A stretch of DNA of 64,000 nucleotides. Origin: Escherichia coli (GTDB lineage Bacteria > Pseudomonadota > Gammaproteobacteria > Enterobacterales > Enterobacteriaceae). The notes beneath the pieces are model-generated. The model saw only the letters and a program-made list of their open reading frames with translations. It did not search any database and was not told where the DNA came from. How positions within the stretch are numbered: the stretch's first letter is position 1; every line of letters starts with the position of its first letter. The stretch is from assembly GCF_030384885.1 (NCBI RefSeq), contig NZ_CP128613.1, one strand, 5' to 3'. This document shows, in pieces, positions 13,549-26,761 of the stretch. Both the position numbers and the translations under genes were made by a program.

Positions 13549-14922
13549 TTAGTGATTTTCAGCCAGCTGACGATCGTGGCGGCGTTTAAACATCCAGCCA
13601 ATCAACAGCAGAACAATCCACGCGAAACCAACGTACAGCGAGATACGTGTGTCCGGATGATAACCAATCAATCCGATAATAAAGAGCAGGAAAATCAAAC
13701 CGCCGATGGTCGTTGCTACCCCACCTGGTACTTTAAATTTCAGTGCCTTCACTTCTTCTGGTGGCAAACGGCGACGGAAAGCAATTTGCGACAGCAGGAT
13801 CATAATCCATACCCACACCGTGGCGAAGGTTGCCAGCGAAGCGATCACCAGGAAGACATTTTCCGGCATGATGTAGTTCAGATATACCGCAAACAATAGC
13901 GCGGTAGTCATCACCAGCACCGTGACCCACGGAATACCGCGACGCGAGGTTTTGCTGAAAATTTTCGGCGCGCTACCCTGCTCTGCCATGCCGTGAAGCA
14001 TACGACCTACGCCAAATACGTCACTGTTAATTGCTGACAGCGAAGCGGTCAGCACAACAAAGTTAAGAATGCTGGCGGCAAAGGTAATGCCCATATGCTG
14101 GAACGTCAGCACGAACGGGCTACCGGCAGTGCCAACCTGATTCCACGGATAGATAGACATAATGACGAACAGCGTACCGACGTAGAACACCAGAATACGC
14201 ATCGGCACGGAGTTAATCGCACGCGGAATCGATTTTTCCGGATCTTTCGCTTCCCCGGCGGTAATCCCGATAATTTCGATCCCACCGTAAGCAAACATTA
14301 CCATTTGCAGCGACATCACCATGCCAAGCCAGCCGTTACTGAAGAAGCCGCCGTTGCTCCAAAGATTATGGATACCGGTCGGTTGCCCGCCGTTGCCAAT
14401 CCCCCAGATAATGATGCCGAAACCGGCGACAATCATGATGATGATGGTGGCGACTTTAAAGAACGAGAACCAGAACTCAAGCTCACCAAATACCTTCACG
14501 CTCATCAGGTTTACGGCGCAGATAATCAGCACTACGCTCAGTACCCAAATCCAGTGTGGCACCGTCGGGAACCAGACGCCCATATAGATACCGAAAGCGG
14601 TCACATCGGCGATGGCGACAATAAGGATTTCAAAGCAGTAGGTCCAGCCAGTGATATAACCTGCCAGTGGACCGAGGTTTTCCTGCGCATAGCGCGAGAA
14701 AGAGCTGGCTGCCGGGTTATGTACCGACATTTCCCCCAGCGCACGCATAATGATATACGCCGCGATACCACCGATAATATAGGCCAACAACACGCTCGGA
14801 CCGGCCATTTTGATGGCGTCTGCCGAACCGTAAAACAACCCGGTGCCAATTGCTGAACCCAGTGCCATAAAGCGTATGTGTCGGGTACTTAGCCCACGCT
14901 TTAGCTTGTTCTTACTTTCCAT
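13549..14922 (-). CDS. proY: Proline-specific permease (APC family)
   Basis: 457 aa from ATG 14920-14922, [30 protein letters not shown]...; the track's first codon is an upstream TTG. Confidence 0.92.
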   Translation of the reverse strand: MESKNKLKRGLSTRHIRFMALGSAIGTGLFYGSADAIKMAGPSVLLAYIIGGIAAYIIMRALGEMSVHNPAASSFSRYAQENLGPLAGYITGWTYCFEILIVAIADVTAFGIYMGVWFPTVPHWIWVLSVVLIICAVNLMSVKVFGELEFWFSFFKVATIIIMIVAGFGIIIWGIGNGGQPTGIHNLWSNGGFFSNGWLGMVMSLQMVMFAYGGIEIIGITAGEAKDPEKSIPRAINSVPMRILVFYVGTLFVIMSIYPWNQVGTAGSPFVLTFQHMGITFAASILNFVVLTASLSAINSDVFGVGRMLHGMAEQGSAPKIFSKTSRRGIPWVTVLVMTTALLFAVYLNYIMPENVFLVIASLATFATVWVWIMILLSQIAFRRRLPPEEVKALKFKVPGGVATTIGGLIFLLFIIGLIGYHPDTRISLYVGFAWIVLLLIGWMFKRRHDRQLAENH

Positions 14923-14942
14923 CAATTCCTAACCCATCAACA

Positions 14943-14978
14943 CAATAAAAAACCACGGGACATCGCAGCCCCGTGGTT
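14943..14978 (-). terminator. Intrinsic terminator downstream of brnQ
   Basis: Stem aaccacggg (14951-14959) / cccgtggtt (14970-14978) followed on the minus strand by TTTTATTGTG. Confidence 0.7.
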
Positions 14979-14997
14979 AAAACAAATATTCAGTGAT

Positions 14998-16317
14998 TTA
15001 GTGAGCGCTGGAGGTCACCTGACGACCTGCCGCGCGATCCCAAATAATGGCCAGAACCACCATCACCACTGTTGGCATTAACCACGCAAGACCTTGTTCG
15101 GCCAGCGGTAAACGCTGCGCCCAGGACGGTAAGATATCGCTGAATGCAGATGCTTTGATCCCGTCGAGAATACCAAAAAGCAGGCTGATAAACATCGGCG
15201 GAGCAATCACGCGGGACGAATTATGCCACCATGAGCGTGTAAAACTTAATACAACCAGTGCGATACACGGCGGATAAATAGCGGTCAGCACCGGTACGGA
15301 GATCTGAATCAGCTGGCTCAAGCCGAGGTTAGACACCACCATCGAGAAGCCGCCGAGGATGAACACCAGCGTACGATAGGAGAGTGGTACGTACTGAGCA
15401 AAGAATTCTGCACAAGCACAGGTCAGGCCAACCGCCGTGACCAGGCAGGCGATAAAGATTAACGCCGCCAGCAGGAAGCTACCGCCGCCGCCAAAGGTGT
15501 GCTGAACGTAGGCATGCAGAATAGCCGCACCGTTTGCAGACTGATCGACCAGCGACGCGCTGTCTGAACCCAGACGGAACAGCGCCAGGTACAGCAGAGT
15601 CAGACCGACACCCGCCATCAGGCCAGCCCAGACGGTATAACGGGTCAGCAGACGCGCTTCGGTAACGCCGCGAGAACGCGCTGCATTAACAATAACGATA
15701 CCAAACACCATCGCGCCCAGCGTATCCATGGTCAGATAGCCATTAACGAAGCCGTTAGAAAACGCGGCGTTTTGATAAGCCTCAGTCGCCGTGCTGATAG
15801 AGCCCGCTGGCCAGACAATTGCCGCAACAGACAGGATGACCAGCGCGATAATTTTCAGCGGTGCCAGGAAGTTACCGACGGTATCCAGCAGTTTGCCCGG
15901 ATAGAGCGAAACCAGAATAACGATAGCGAAATAGACCAGGCTGTAGATAAACAGCGGCAGCGCGGAGTCACCCGTCAGGGGCGCAATGCCCACTTCAAAG
16001 GAGACGGTGGCTGTACGCGGCGTGGCGAACAACGGCCCTACAGCCAGGTAGCAAACCGTTGCCAGCAGTACGCCAGCGACTTTACCGATTGGCGTGCTGA
16101 GGCTGTCAACACCGCCGCCAACTTTCGCCAGCGCCACCACCGTTAATACCGGCAGGCCAACGGCAGTAATGAGGAAGCCGAATGCCGCAGTCCAGACGTG
16201 TTCGCCTGCCTGCAAGCCGACCATTGGAGGGAAAATGATGTTACCTGCGCCGACGAACAACGCAAATGTCATAAAGCCCAGAGCGATGATATCGCGCGAT
16301 CTTAATTGATGGGTCAT
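14998..16317 (-). CDS. brnQ: Branched-chain amino acid transporter (LIVCS family)
   Basis: 439-aa polytopic membrane [34 protein letters not shown]... Confidence 0.93.
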   Translation of the reverse strand: MTHQLRSRDIIALGFMTFALFVGAGNIIFPPMVGLQAGEHVWTAAFGFLITAVGLPVLTVVALAKVGGGVDSLSTPIGKVAGVLLATVCYLAVGPLFATPRTATVSFEVGIAPLTGDSALPLFIYSLVYFAIVILVSLYPGKLLDTVGNFLAPLKIIALVILSVAAIVWPAGSISTATEAYQNAAFSNGFVNGYLTMDTLGAMVFGIVIVNAARSRGVTEARLLTRYTVWAGLMAGVGLTLLYLALFRLGSDSASLVDQSANGAAILHAYVQHTFGGGGSFLLAALIFIACLVTAVGLTCACAEFFAQYVPLSYRTLVFILGGFSMVVSNLGLSQLIQISVPVLTAIYPPCIALVVLSFTRSWWHNSSRVIAPPMFISLLFGILDGIKASAFSDILPSWAQRLPLAEQGLAWLMPTVVMVVLAIIWDRAAGRQVTSSAH

Positions 16318-16663
16318 AAATCATACTGCCTGTGGATGTGGTGTTGTAACGTTAAATTTTTGTGCCAATCCCTGGGGATGATACAGCGGTATATTTAAAC
16401 AATTTTAGCGGGAAATACTCCCAACCAGGCGCGGCGAAGAATAGTTTTTCGATTTACCGCGTGAATGCAGTCAGTATGACAGCACCTGAAGCGCAATTTA
16501 AACGCTTATAACGTTTTAATGCAAGAAGGGATCTAAAAACCAGAGGTATATAGCGATAAGAAATCACCAACCAGTATAAAACACTATTTCCGTGAAAAAG
16601 ACATGGCTAATCATGCGAACAAAAAATCACCAACCGTTGTAAAATCTAACGCCCGTATTATGA

Positions 16664-16696
16664 CTGCAAAGAAAATAAGCCAGCATCAGCTGGCTT
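16664..16696 (-). terminator. Putative intrinsic terminator downstream of phoR
   Basis: Stem aagccagc / gctggctt with atca loop (16677-16696), followed on the minus strand by ATTTTCTTTG. Confidence 0.6.
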
Positions 16697-16723
16697 ATGG
16701 CAATAAAAGATGACAAAGGCGGA

Positions 16724-18019
16724 TTATTCGCTGTTTTTGGCAATTAAACGTTCCGGGATAACAAAACTGAAACGCGTACCTTTTCCCACCGTACTCTCAA
16801 TATGCAGGCGACTTTCGTGATGATTCACCGCATGTTTCACGATCGCTAACCCTAATCCGCTACCGCCAGTTTGTCGGGAACGTGCTTTATCAACGCGATA
16901 AAAACGCTCGGTCAGGCGCGGAATATGCTCCGGTGCGATGCCCGGTCCATTATCTTCAACGCTAAATTCGGCACCGTGCGGCACTCGCTGCCAGCGTACG
17001 GTGATATGCGTACCTTCCGGCGTATGATTCACGGCGTTATAAACCAGGTTCGAAATCGCGCTGCGAAGTTGGTCTTCGTTGCCAGACACCTTGAGGTCGT
17101 TATCTATTTCAAAGGTAAATGTCTGTTTTTTCTGACTCAGAGTCTGAGCCTCGCGCTCAACAACGCGCAGCATCATCGGCACATCAACCTTTTCATTGAG
17201 CAACTGCGTCGGCGCGGCTTCTATTTTTGACAGCGTCAGTAACTGCTTCACCAGCCCTTCCATCCGCTGGGTCTGCTCGCGCATGGTGTGCAACGCTTTT
17301 TCACGTACCGCGCCTTCCAGCGGTTGCTCATCCATCATCTCCAGGTAACCCTGTAACACGGTCAATGGCGTACGCAACTCATGGCTCACGTTGGCAAAAA
17401 AGTTACGCCGCGCCCCTTCCAGTTGATGCATTTGCGTGACATCACGCGCCACCATCAGCAACTGTTTGTGGGTATAAGGCATGACGCGAATTTCCAGATG
17501 CCGCCCGCTGTTGAGCACCAGATTAAGCGGGCGAGAAAAATCACGCGTTTTCAGATATTGCGTAAACTCCGGGTAACGCAGCAGGTTAAGGATGTTCTGC
17601 CCGTTATCTTCCGGCCAGCGCAAACCAAGAATCTGTTGCGCCAGACCGTTACACCAGAAAATACCGCCCTCTTCCGTGGTCAGCACCACCGCGTCGGGCA
17701 GCGACTCCGCGCCACTACGAAAGCGTTTAATCAGATTGCCCAGTTCGCGGCGGCGTTTTTTATTTCGCAGCTGCATCTGGTGTAAGCCGTATAGCAGCGG
17801 TTCCCAGCTACCACGCCCCGGTGGCGGGGTCATACTACGATCCACCCACAGCCACCATGAAAGGCGCAATAAATTCCAGAAATGCCAGATAAGCAGTCCC
17901 GTTACCGATGCCAGCAAAAACCAGGGCAGGTAACCAAAAAATGCACCCAGGATGAAAGCCGGGAGGCAACAAAGTAGCAGCTCCAGCACCAGCCTTTTCC
18001 ACGACAGCCGTTCCAGCAC
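16724..18019 (-). CDS. phoR: Phosphate regulon sensor histidine kinase
   Basis: 431-aa ORF with H-box [11 protein letters not shown] and ATPase G-boxes; GTG start (cac 18017-18019). Confidence 0.95.
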   Translation of the reverse strand: MLERLSWKRLVLELLLCCLPAFILGAFFGYLPWFLLASVTGLLIWHFWNLLRLSWWLWVDRSMTPPPGRGSWEPLLYGLHQMQLRNKKRRRELGNLIKRFRSGAESLPDAVVLTTEEGGIFWCNGLAQQILGLRWPEDNGQNILNLLRYPEFTQYLKTRDFSRPLNLVLNSGRHLEIRVMPYTHKQLLMVARDVTQMHQLEGARRNFFANVSHELRTPLTVLQGYLEMMDEQPLEGAVREKALHTMREQTQRMEGLVKQLLTLSKIEAAPTQLLNEKVDVPMMLRVVEREAQTLSQKKQTFTFEIDNDLKVSGNEDQLRSAISNLVYNAVNHTPEGTHITVRWQRVPHGAEFSVEDNGPGIAPEHIPRLTERFYRVDKARSRQTGGSGLGLAIVKHAVNHHESRLHIESTVGKGTRFSFVIPERLIAKNSE

Positions 18020-18076
18020 GTAAGATACTCCAGTTAAGAAATCATAAGCCCTGCTCTGCGTCCGATGAGCAAGGCG

Positions 18077-18766
18077 TTAAAAGCGGGTTGAAAAACGATA
18101 TCCTGTACCGCGTACGGTCTGCACCATGCGGTCATGTCCGCCGGGCTCCAGTGCCTTACGCAGGCGACGAATGTGAACATCGACCGTGCGGTCTTCCACA
18201 TATACGTTGGTTCCCCAGACGTGGTTTAACAGCTGCTCGCGGCTGTACACGCGCTCGGGATGCGTCATAAAAAAGTGCAGCAGTTTAAATTCTGTCGGCC
18301 CCATCTCCAGCGGTTCTTCGCCCGCCATCACCCGGTGAGATGTCGGGTCGAGACTGAGCCCCTGCATCTCGATCACCTCTTCCACCGCCATTGGCGAAAT
18401 ACGGCGCATTACCGCTTTGATTCGCGCCACCAGTTCCTTCGGCGAAAACGGCTTGGTGATATAGTCATCCGCACCGGTTTCAAGGCCGCGCACGCGATCT
18501 TCTTCTTCCCCTCTGGCGGTCAGCATCACCACTGGAATATCCCGGGTCATCGATTCGCGCTTGAGGTGTTTGATGAACTGGATACCGGAGCCGCCAGGTA
18601 ACATCCAGTCAAGGAGAATTAAATCCGGCCAGGGTTCATTCAGTTGATTCACAGCACTGTCATAATCTTCCGCTTCGACCGGCTGAAAGCCATTTTGTTC
18701 GAGCACGAAGCAGACCATTTCGCGAATTGGAGCTTCATCTTCTACGACCAGAATACGTCTCGCCAT
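18077..18766 (-). CDS. phoB: Phosphate regulon response regulator
   Basis: 229-aa [21 protein letters not shown]..., OmpR-family receiver plus winged helix. Confidence 0.96.
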
Positions 18767-18798
18767 GATTTGCCCTGTTGTAATAAATAGGTTGCGAT

Positions 18799-18846
18799 CA
18801 TTAATGCGACGTCATTATGCGTCAGATTTATGACAGATTTATGAAA
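18799..18846 (-). promoter_or_regulatory. Pho box in the phoB promoter
   Basis: Minus strand reads TTTTCATAAATCTGTCATAAATCTGACGCATAATGACGTCGCATTAA, i.e. tandem CTGTCAT-type PhoB half-sites, about 40-80 bp upstream of the phoB ATG. Confidence 0.8.
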
Positions 18847-18955
18847 AGCACGTCGCACATATCTTCAGGTAGTTGATTTCCGTGGCGCAGAAAAAAGCAA
18901 ATGGCACATCTGTTTGGGTATAATCGCGCCCATGCTTTTTCGCCAGGGAATCGTT

Positions 18956-20158
18956 ATGCGCATCCTTCACACCTCAGACTGGCACCTCGGCCAGAACTTC
19001 TACAGTAAAAGCCGCGAAGCTGAACACCAGGCCTTTCTTGACTGGCTGCTGGAAACAGCGCAAACCCATCAGGTGGATGCGATTATTGTTGCCGGTGATG
19101 TTTTCGATACCGGATCACCGCCCAGTTACGCCCGCACGTTATACAACCGTTTTGTTGTCAATTTACAGCAAACGGGCTGTCATCTGGTGGTACTGGCAGG
19201 AAACCATGACTCGGTCGCCACGCTGAATGAATCGCGCGATATCATGGCGTTCCTCAATACTACCGTGGTCGCCAGCGCCGGACATGCGCCGCAAATCTTG
19301 CCTCGTCGCGACGGGACGCCAGGCGCAGTGCTGTGCCCCATTCCTTTTTTACGCCCGCGTGACATTATTACCAGCCAGGCGGGGCTTAACGGTATTGAAA
19401 AACAACAACATTTGCTGGCGGCTATTACCGATTATTACCAACAACATTATGCCGATGCCTGCAAACTGCGCGGCGATCAGCCTCTGCCCATCATCGCCAC
19501 GGGGCATTTAACGACCGTTGGTGCCAGCAAAAGTGACGCCGTGCGTGACATTTATATTGGCACGCTGGACGCCTTCCCGGCACAAAACTTTCCGCCAGCC
19601 GACTACATCGCGCTCGGGCATATTCACCGCGCACAGATTATTGGCGGCATGGAACATGTTCGCTATTGCGGTTCCCCCATTCCACTGAGTTTTGATGAAT
19701 GCGGAAAAAGTAAATATGTCCATCTGGTGACATTTTCAAACGGCAAATTAGAGAGCGTGGAAAACCTGAGCGTGCCGATAACGCAACCGATGGCGGTACT
19801 GAAAGGCGATCTGGCGTCGATTACCGAACAGCTGGAACAGTGGCGCGATGTATCACAGGAACCACCTGTCTGGCTGGATATCGAAATCACTACTGATGAG
19901 TATCTGCATGATATTCAGCGCAAAATCCAGGCATTAACTGAATCACTGCCTGTCGAAGTATTGCTGGTACGCCGCAGCCGTGAACAGCGCGAGCGTGTGT
20001 TAGCCAGCCAACAGCGTGAAACCCTCAGCGAACTCAGCGTCGAAGAGGTGTTTAATCGTCGTCTCGCACTGGAAGAACTGGATGAATCACAGCAGCAACG
20101 TCTGCAACATCTTTTCACCACGACGCTGCAGACCCTCGCCGGAGAACACGAAGCATGA
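18956..20158 (+). CDS. sbcD: SbcCD nuclease, SbcD subunit (Mre11-like)
   Basis: 400 aa from ATG 18956, [13 protein letters not shown]... phosphoesterase motifs; the track ORF starts 14 codons upstream. Confidence 0.94.
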   Translation: MRILHTSDWHLGQNFYSKSREAEHQAFLDWLLETAQTHQVDAIIVAGDVFDTGSPPSYARTLYNRFVVNLQQTGCHLVVLAGNHDSVATLNESRDIMAFLNTTVVASAGHAPQILPRRDGTPGAVLCPIPFLRPRDIITSQAGLNGIEKQQHLLAAITDYYQQHYADACKLRGDQPLPIIATGHLTTVGASKSDAVRDIYIGTLDAFPAQNFPPADYIALGHIHRAQIIGGMEHVRYCGSPIPLSFDECGKSKYVHLVTFSNGKLESVENLSVPITQPMAVLKGDLASITEQLEQWRDVSQEPPVWLDIEITTDEYLHDIQRKIQALTESLPVEVLLVRRSREQRERVLASQQRETLSELSVEEVFNRRLALEELDESQQQRLQHLFTTTLQTLAGEHEA

Positions 20159-23100
20159 AAATTCTCAGCCTGCGCCTGAAAAACCTGAACTCGTTAAAAG
20201 GCGAATGGAAGATTGATTTCACCCGCGAACCGTTCGCCAGCAATGGGCTGTTTGCGATTACCGGCCCAACCGGCGCGGGGAAAACCACCCTGCTGGATGC
20301 CATTTGTCTGGCGCTGTATCACGAAACTCCGCGCCTTTCTATCGTTTCACAATCGCAAAATGATCTAATGACCCGCGATACCGCCGAATGTCTGGCGGAA
20401 GTGGAGTTTGAAGTCAAAGGTGAAGCGTACCGTGCATTCTGGAGCCAGAATCGGGCGCGTAACCAGCCAGACGGTAATTTGCAGGTGCCGCGCGTAGAGC
20501 TGGCGCGCTGTACCGATGGCAAAATTCTCGCTGACAAAGTGAAAGATAAGCTGGAACTGACGGCGACGTTAACCGGACTGGATTATGGGCGTTTCACCCG
20601 TTCGATGCTGCTTTCGCAGGGGCAATTTGCTGCCTTCCTGAATGCCAAACCAAAAGAACGCGCGGAATTGCTCGAGGAATTAACCGGCACCGAAATCTAC
20701 GGGCAAATCTCGGCGATGGTTTTTGAGCAGCACAAATCGGCCCGCACTGAGCTGGAGAAACTGCAAGCGCAGGCCAGCGGCGTCGCGTTATTAGCGCCAG
20801 AACAAGTGCAATCGCTGACAGAAAGTTTGCAGGTACTCACTGTCGAAGAGAAACAGTTACTCGCCGCGCAGCAGCAAGAACAACAATCGCTAAACTGGTT
20901 AACGCGTCTGGACGAATTGCAGCAAGAAGCCAGCCGCCGTCAGCAGGCATTGCAACAGGCGTTAGCCGAAGAAGAAAAAGCGCAACCTCAACTGGCGGCG
21001 CTCAGTCTGGCACAACCGGCGCGAAATCTTCGTCCGCACTGGGAACGCATCGCAGAACACACTGCGGCACTGGCGCATACTCGCCAGCAGATTGAAGAAG
21101 TAAATACTCGCTTACAGCGCACAATGGCGCTTCGTGCGAGCATTCGCCACCACGCGGCGAAGCAGTCTGCAGAATTACAGCAGCAGCAACAAAGCCTGAA
21201 TGCCTGGTTACAGGAACACGACCGCTTCCGTCAGTGGAACAACGAACTGGCGGGTTGGCGTGCGCAGTTCTCCCAACAAACCAGCGATCGCGAGCATCTG
21301 CGGCAGTGGCAGCAACAGTTAACCCATGCAGAGCAAAAACTTAATGCGCTTGCGGCGATCTCGTTGACGTTAAGCGCCGATGAAGTTGCTAGCGCCCTGG
21401 CGCAACATGCTGAGCAACGCACGCTGCGTCAGCGCCTGGTCGCGCTGCATGGGCAGATTGTTCCCCAACAAAAACGCCTGGCGCAATTACAGGTTGCTAT
21501 CCAGAATGTCACGCAGGAACAGACGCAACGTAACGCCGCACTTAACGAAATGCGCCAGCGTTATAAAGAAAAAACGCAACAACTTGCCGATGTGAAAACC
21601 ATTTGCGAGCAGGAAGCTCGTATCAAAACGCTGGAAGTTCAACGTGCGCAGTTACAGGCGGGTCAGCCTTGCCCACTTTGTGGTTCCACCAACCACCCGG
21701 CAGTAGAGGCGTATCAGGCACTGGAACCGGGTGTTAATCAGGCCCGCTTACTGACGCTTGAAAACGAAGTGAAAAAGCTCGGGGAGGAAGGCGCGGCGCT
21801 GCGCGGGCAACTGGACGCCTTAACGAAGCAGCTTCAGCGTGATGAAAACGAAGCGCAAAGCCTCCGACAAGATGAGCAAGCACTTACTCAACAATGGCAA
21901 GCTGTCACGGCCAGCCTCAATATCACCTTGCAGCCACAGGACGATATTCAACCGTGGCTGGATGCACAAGATGAGCACGAGCGCCAGCTGCGGATACTCA
22001 GCCAACGGCATGAATTACAAGGGCAGATTGCCACGCATAATCAGCAAATTATCCAGTATCAACAGCAAATTGAACAACGCCAGCAGCAACTCTTAACGGC
22101 ATTGGCGGGTTATGCACTGACATTGCCACAGGAAAATGAAGAAGAGAGCTGGTTAGCGACACGTCAGCAAGAAGTGCAGAGCTGGCAACAGCGTCAGAAC
22201 GAATTAACCACGCTGCAAAACCGTATTCAGCAACTGACGCCGATTCTGGATACGTTACCGCAAGGTGATGAGTTACCGCACAGCGAAGAAACAGTGGCGC
22301 TGGAAAACTGGCGGCAGGTTCATGAACAATGTCTCGCATTACACAGCCAGCAGCAGACGTTACAGCAACAGGATGTTCTGGCGGCGCAAAGTCTGCAAAA
22401 AGCCCAGGCGCAGTTTGACACCGCGCTACAGGCCAGTGTCTTTGACGATCAACAGGCGTTCCTTGCGGCGCTAATGGATGAACAAACACTAACCCAGCTG
22501 GAACAGCTCAAGCAGAATCTGGAAAACCAGCGCCGTCAGGCGCAAACGCTGGTCACTCAGACAGCTGAAACGCTGGCACAGCATCAGCAACACCGACCTG
22601 ACGGCCTGGATCTCAGTGTGACGGTGGAGCAGATTCAGCAAGAGTTAGCGCAAACTCACCAAAAGTTGCGTGAAAACACCACCAGTCAGGGCGAGATTCG
22701 CCAGCAGCTGAAACAGGATGCGGAAAACCGTCAGCAACAACAAACCTTAATGCAGCAAATTGCTCAAATGACGCAGCAGGTTGAGGACTGGGGATATCTG
22801 AATTCGCTAATAGGTTCCAAAGAGGGCGATAAATTCCGTAAGTTCGCCCAAGGGCTGACGCTGGATAATTTAGTCCATCTCGCTAATCAGCAACTGACTC
22901 GCCTGCATGGGCGCTATCTGTTACAGCGCAAAGCCAGCGAGGCGCTGGAAGTCGAGGTTGTCGATACCTGGCAGGCAGACGCGGTACGCGATACCCGTAC
23001 GCTTTCTGGCGGCGAAAGTTTTCTCGTCAGTCTGGCGCTGGCGCTGGCGCTTTCGGATCTGGTCAGCCATAAAACGCGTATTGACTCGCTGTTCCTTGAT

Positions 23101-23298
23101 GAAGGTTTTGGCACGCTGGATAGCGAAACACTGGATACCGCCCTTGATGCCCTGGATGCTCTGAATGCCAGTGGTAAAACTATCGGTGTGATTAGCCACG
23201 TTGAAGCGATGAAAGAGCGTATTCCGGTGCAGATCAAAGTGAAAAAGATCAACGGCCTGGGATACAGCAAACTGGAAAGTGCGTTTGCAGTGAAATAA
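20155..23298 (+). CDS. sbcC: SbcCD nuclease, SbcC ATPase subunit (Rad50-like)
   Basis: 1047-aa ORF with Walker [10 protein letters not shown], long Q-rich coiled coil, central CPLCGS zinc hook and C-terminal signature; ATGA overlap with sbcD. Confidence 0.95.
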   Translation: MKILSLRLKNLNSLKGEWKIDFTREPFASNGLFAITGPTGAGKTTLLDAICLALYHETPRLSIVSQSQNDLMTRDTAECLAEVEFEVKGEAYRAFWSQNRARNQPDGNLQVPRVELARCTDGKILADKVKDKLELTATLTGLDYGRFTRSMLLSQGQFAAFLNAKPKERAELLEELTGTEIYGQISAMVFEQHKSARTELEKLQAQASGVALLAPEQVQSLTESLQVLTVEEKQLLAAQQQEQQSLNWLTRLDELQQEASRRQQALQQALAEEEKAQPQLAALSLAQPARNLRPHWERIAEHTAALAHTRQQIEEVNTRLQRTMALRASIRHHAAKQSAELQQQQQSLNAWLQEHDRFRQWNNELAGWRAQFSQQTSDREHLRQWQQQLTHAEQKLNALAAISLTLSADEVASALAQHAEQRTLRQRLVALHGQIVPQQKRLAQLQVAIQNVTQEQTQRNAALNEMRQRYKEKTQQLADVKTICEQEARIKTLEVQRAQLQAGQPCPLCGSTNHPAVEAYQALEPGVNQARLLTLENEVKKLGEEGAALRGQLDALTKQLQRDENEAQSLRQDEQALTQQWQAVTASLNITLQPQDDIQPWLDAQDEHERQLRILSQRHELQGQIATHNQQIIQYQQQIEQRQQQLLTALAGYALTLPQENEEESWLATRQQEVQSWQQRQNELTTLQNRIQQLTPILDTLPQGDELPHSEETVALENWRQVHEQCLALHSQQQTLQQQDVLAAQSLQKAQAQFDTALQASVFDDQQAFLAALMDEQTLTQLEQLKQNLENQRRQAQTLVTQTAETLAQHQQHRPDGLDLSVTVEQIQQELAQTHQKLRENTTSQGEIRQQLKQDAENRQQQQTLMQQIAQMTQQVEDWGYLNSLIGSKEGDKFRKFAQGLTLDNLVHLANQQLTRLHGRYLLQRKASEALEVEVVDTWQADAVRDTRTLSGGESFLVSLALALALSDLVSHKTRIDSLFLDEGFGTLDSETLDTALDALDALNASGKTIGVISHVEAMKERIPVQIKVKKINGLGYSKLESAFAVK

Positions 23299-23423
23299 CT
23301 ATTCAGCAGGATAATGAATACAGAGGGGCGAATTATCTCTTGGCCTCGCTGGCCGTTATCCTGCAAGCTATCACTTTATTGGCTACGGTGATTGGTAGCC
23401 GTTCTGGTGGTTGTGATGGTGGT

Positions 23424-24608
23424 ATGAAAAAAGTCATTTTATCTTTGGCTCTGGGCACGTTTGGTTTGGGGATGGCCGAATTTGGCATTATGGGCGTGCT
23501 CACGGAGCTGGCGCATAACGTAGGAATTTCGATTCCTGCTGCCGGGCATATGATCTCGTATTATGCGCTGGGGGTGGTGGTCGGTGCGCCAATCATCGCC
23601 CTCTTTTCCAGCCGCTACTCACTCAAACATATCTTGTTGTTTCTGGTGGCGTTGTGCGTCATTGGCAACGCCATGTTCACGCTCTCTTCGTCTTACCTGA
23701 TGCTCGCCATTGGTCGGCTGGTTTCCGGCTTTCCGCATGGTGCATTTTTTGGCGTCGGGGCGATTGTGTTATCGAAAATTATCAAACCCGGCAAAGTCAC
23801 CGCCGCCGTGGCGGGGATGGTTTCGGGGATGACAGTTGCCAATTTGCTGGGCATTCCGCTGGGGACGTATTTAAGTCAGGAGTTTAGCTGGCGTTACACC
23901 TTTTTATTGATCTCTGTGTTTAATATCGCGGTGATGGCATCGGTCTATTTTTGGGTGCCGGATATTCGCGACGAGGCGAAAGGAAAGCTGCGCGAACAAT
24001 TTCACTTTTTGCGCAGCCCGGCCCCGTGGTTAATTTTCGCTGCCACGATGTTTGGCAACGCGGGTGTATTTGCCTGGTTCAGCTACGTAAAGCCATACAT
24101 GATGTTTATTTCCGGTTTTTCGGAAACGGCGATGACCTTTATTATGATGTTAGTTGGGCTGGGGATGGTGTTGGGGAATGTGCTAAGTGGCCGGATTTCA
24201 GGACGTTATTCACCACTACGCATTGCGGCAGTGACTGATTTCATTATTGTGCTGGCATTGCTGATGCTCTTTTTCTTCGGCGGCATGAAAACAACGTCGC
24301 TTATTTTTGCTTTTATTTGTTGCGCGGGATTATTTGCCCTCTCTGCACCGCTGCAAATATTGTTACTGCAAAATGCCAAAGGTGGAGAATTATTAGGTGC
24401 CGCAGGTGGGCAAATAGCGTTTAACCTCGGTAGCGCCGTCGGCGCATATTGCGGAGGTATGATGCTGACGCTGGGGCTGACTTATAATTACGTGGCGCTG
24501 CCTGCCGCCCTGCTCTCGTTTGCTGCGATGTCGTCGTTGCTACTGTATGGTCGCTATAAGCGCCAGCAAGCGGCGGATAGTCCGATGCTGGCGAAACCAC
24601 TGGGATAG
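23424..24608 (+). CDS. araJ: MFS transporter AraJ
   Basis: 394 aa from ATG 23424, MKKVILSLALGTFGLGMAEFGIMGVL...; 12-TM-like hydropathy. Confidence 0.9.
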   Translation: MKKVILSLALGTFGLGMAEFGIMGVLTELAHNVGISIPAAGHMISYYALGVVVGAPIIALFSSRYSLKHILLFLVALCVIGNAMFTLSSSYLMLAIGRLVSGFPHGAFFGVGAIVLSKIIKPGKVTAAVAGMVSGMTVANLLGIPLGTYLSQEFSWRYTFLLISVFNIAVMASVYFWVPDIRDEAKGKLREQFHFLRSPAPWLIFAATMFGNAGVFAWFSYVKPYMMFISGFSETAMTFIMMLVGLGMVLGNVLSGRISGRYSPLRIAAVTDFIIVLALLMLFFFGGMKTTSLIFAFICCAGLFALSAPLQILLLQNAKGGELLGAAGGQIAFNLGSAVGAYCGGMMLTLGLTYNYVALPAALLSFAAMSSLLLYGRYKRQQAADSPMLAKPLG

Positions 24609-24627
24609 GTTGCAGTCACTGCTTGTT

Positions 24628-24714
24628 GTCGGATGCGGCGCGAGCGTCTTATCCGACCTACGCGAGCTGCTCATTTTGTAGGCCTGATAAGACGCGGCAA
24701 GCGTCGCATCAGGC
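24628..24714. repeat. REP/BIME pair downstream of araJ
   Basis: gtcggatgcggcgcgagcgtcttatccgacctac and inverted gtaggcctgataagacgcggcaagcgtcgcatcaggc. Confidence 0.85.
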
Positions 24715-24745
24715 ATGATGCACCAATTGTCTACGTTTTTTATTC

Positions 24746-25648
24746 TTATGACCATAACCATGCAGCGCCGCGTACGCCGCTGGAATCACCATGTTTCGCC
24801 TTACGCACCGGTGTTTCACATTCGCCACCGAAGACAAATTGTTTAATCAACTGCGGAACCGTTTGATATAAACGATCTACATTGCTCATCCCGCCCCCCA
24901 ACACAATCACATCCGGATCGAGAATATTCACGACATGTGCCAGCGATTTTGCCAGCCGCAGCTCGTAACGACGCAATGCCAACTCCGCTACCGGATCGCT
25001 TTCTTCAACAAGGCGGATAATTTCACTACCTTTCAGCGCATGTCCGCTCAAACGATGATAATCCGTCGCAAATCCCGTACCCGAAATAAAGGTTTCAATG
25101 CAGCCTTGTTTGCCGCAATAACAAGGGACTTCCTCGCGATAACGCAGTTCATCTTCGTCCATCCACGGTAGCGGATTGTGTCCCCACTCGCCTGCCGTGC
25201 CATTGCCGCCGATATGCGCTCGACCATTGAACGCTACGCCCGCGCCGCATCCCGTGCCGATAATCACGGCAAATACCGTCTGCGCTCCCGCTGCTGCGCC
25301 ATCTACCGCTTCCGAGACCGCCAGACAGTTGGCGTCATTTGCCAACCGCACTTCCCGTTGCAACCGCGCGCTTAAATCTTTATCAAATGGCTGACCGTTA
25401 AGCCAGGTTGAATTGGCATTTTTCACCACGCCAGTGTAAGGCGAAATCGAGCCTGGAATGCCCATGCCTACCGTTCCGCGCTGCCCTGTCGCCTGCTCCG
25501 CCATATCAACCAACGTGGCGATCGTTTCGATGGTCTGATGGTAATCATCACGCGGTGTGGGCAGACGATGACGATACAACTGCTCCCCTGCATCGCCCAG
25601 TGCAATCACTTCAGTTTTAGTGCCGCCTAAATCGATACCTATACGCAC
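24746..25648 (-). CDS. mak: Fructokinase / manno(fructo)kinase (ROK family)
   Basis: 300 aa from GTG at 25646-25648 preceded by AAGGAG; [14 protein letters not shown]... ROK motif. Confidence 0.88.
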   Translation of the reverse strand: MRIGIDLGGTKTEVIALGDAGEQLYRHRLPTPRDDYHQTIETIATLVDMAEQATGQRGTVGMGIPGSISPYTGVVKNANSTWLNGQPFDKDLSARLQREVRLANDANCLAVSEAVDGAAAGAQTVFAVIIGTGCGAGVAFNGRAHIGGNGTAGEWGHNPLPWMDEDELRYREEVPCYCGKQGCIETFISGTGFATDYHRLSGHALKGSEIIRLVEESDPVAELALRRYELRLAKSLAHVVNILDPDVIVLGGGMSNVDRLYQTVPQLIKQFVFGGECETPVRKAKHGDSSGVRGAAWLWS

Positions 25649-25772
25649 GGTACTCTCCTTATTTTTTTCAATATCAATAGCGTAGAGACGGACAACCGGA
25701 TTGGCAATGCAAGGCCGCCGACAATTCGTTATCATGCCCGCTAAATTTAACGACAAGGCCGTGGAAATTATC

Positions 25773-26684
25773 ATGCTGTGGTTCAAAAATTTAATGGTTT
25801 ACCGTCTTAGCCGCGAGATTTCGCTGCGTGCAGAAGAGATGGAAAAACAGCTAGCCTCGATGGCATTTACCCCATGCGGCAGCCAGGACATGGCGAAGAT
25901 GGGCTGGGTTCCTCCGATGGGATCGCACAGCGATGCGTTAACGCACGTTGCCAATGGTCAAATTGTTATCTGCGCGCGCAAAGAAGAAAAAATCCTCCCG
26001 TCTCCGGTGATTAAACAGGCGCTGGAAGCAAAAATCGCCAAGCTGGAAGCGGAACAGGCGCGCAAGCTGAAGAAAACCGAAAAAGATTCGCTGAAAGATG
26101 AAGTGCTGCACTCTCTTCTGCCGCGCGCTTTCAGCCGTTTCAGCCAAACTATGATGTGGATCGACACGGTAAACGGTTTGATTATGGTGGACTGCGCCAG
26201 TGCCAAAAAAGCAGAAGATACGCTGGCATTACTGCGTAAAAGCCTGGGGTCGTTACCGGTTGTACCATTGAGCATGGAAAACCCGATTGAACTGACGCTG
26301 ACCGAATGGGTACGCTCTGGTAGTGCGGCACAAGGCTTCCAGCTGCTTGATGAAGCCGAACTGAAATCGTTGCTGGAAGATGGCGGCGTGATCCGCGCGA
26401 AGAAACAAGATTTGACCAGCGAAGAAATCACCAACCACATTGAAGCAGGAAAAGTGGTGACTAAACTGGCGCTCGACTGGCAGCAGCGCATTCAGTTTGT
26501 GATGTGCGACGATGGTTCACTCAAGCGTCTGAAGTTCTGCGACGAGCTGCGCGATCAAAACGAAGATATCGACCGTGAAGATTTTGCCCAACGTTTTGAT
26601 GCCGATTTCATCCTGATGACCGGTGAACTAGCCGCATTAATCCAAAACCTGATCGAAGGATTAGGTGGCGAAGCACAACGTTAA
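25773..26684 (+). CDS. rdgC: Recombination-associated protein RdgC
   Basis: 303 aa from ATG 25773, [27 protein letters not shown]... Confidence 0.94.
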
Positions 26685-26703
26685 TTGCTGATTTGCCTTT
26701 AAT

Positions 26704-26740
26704 GCCGGATGCGACGCCTGCGGCGTCTTATCCGGCGTAC
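26704..26740. repeat. REP element between rdgC and the islet
   Basis: gccggatgcgacgcctgcggcgtcttatccggcgtac matches the REP consensus. Confidence 0.8.
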
Positions 26741-26761
26741 GAATCCACACCAGGCATATAA

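Noticed and set aside
20800-22800. Gln-rich low-complexity stretch inside sbcC
   Set aside because: This is the expected coiled-coil arm of an SMC/Rad50-like protein, not a DNA-level repeat or a mobile element.
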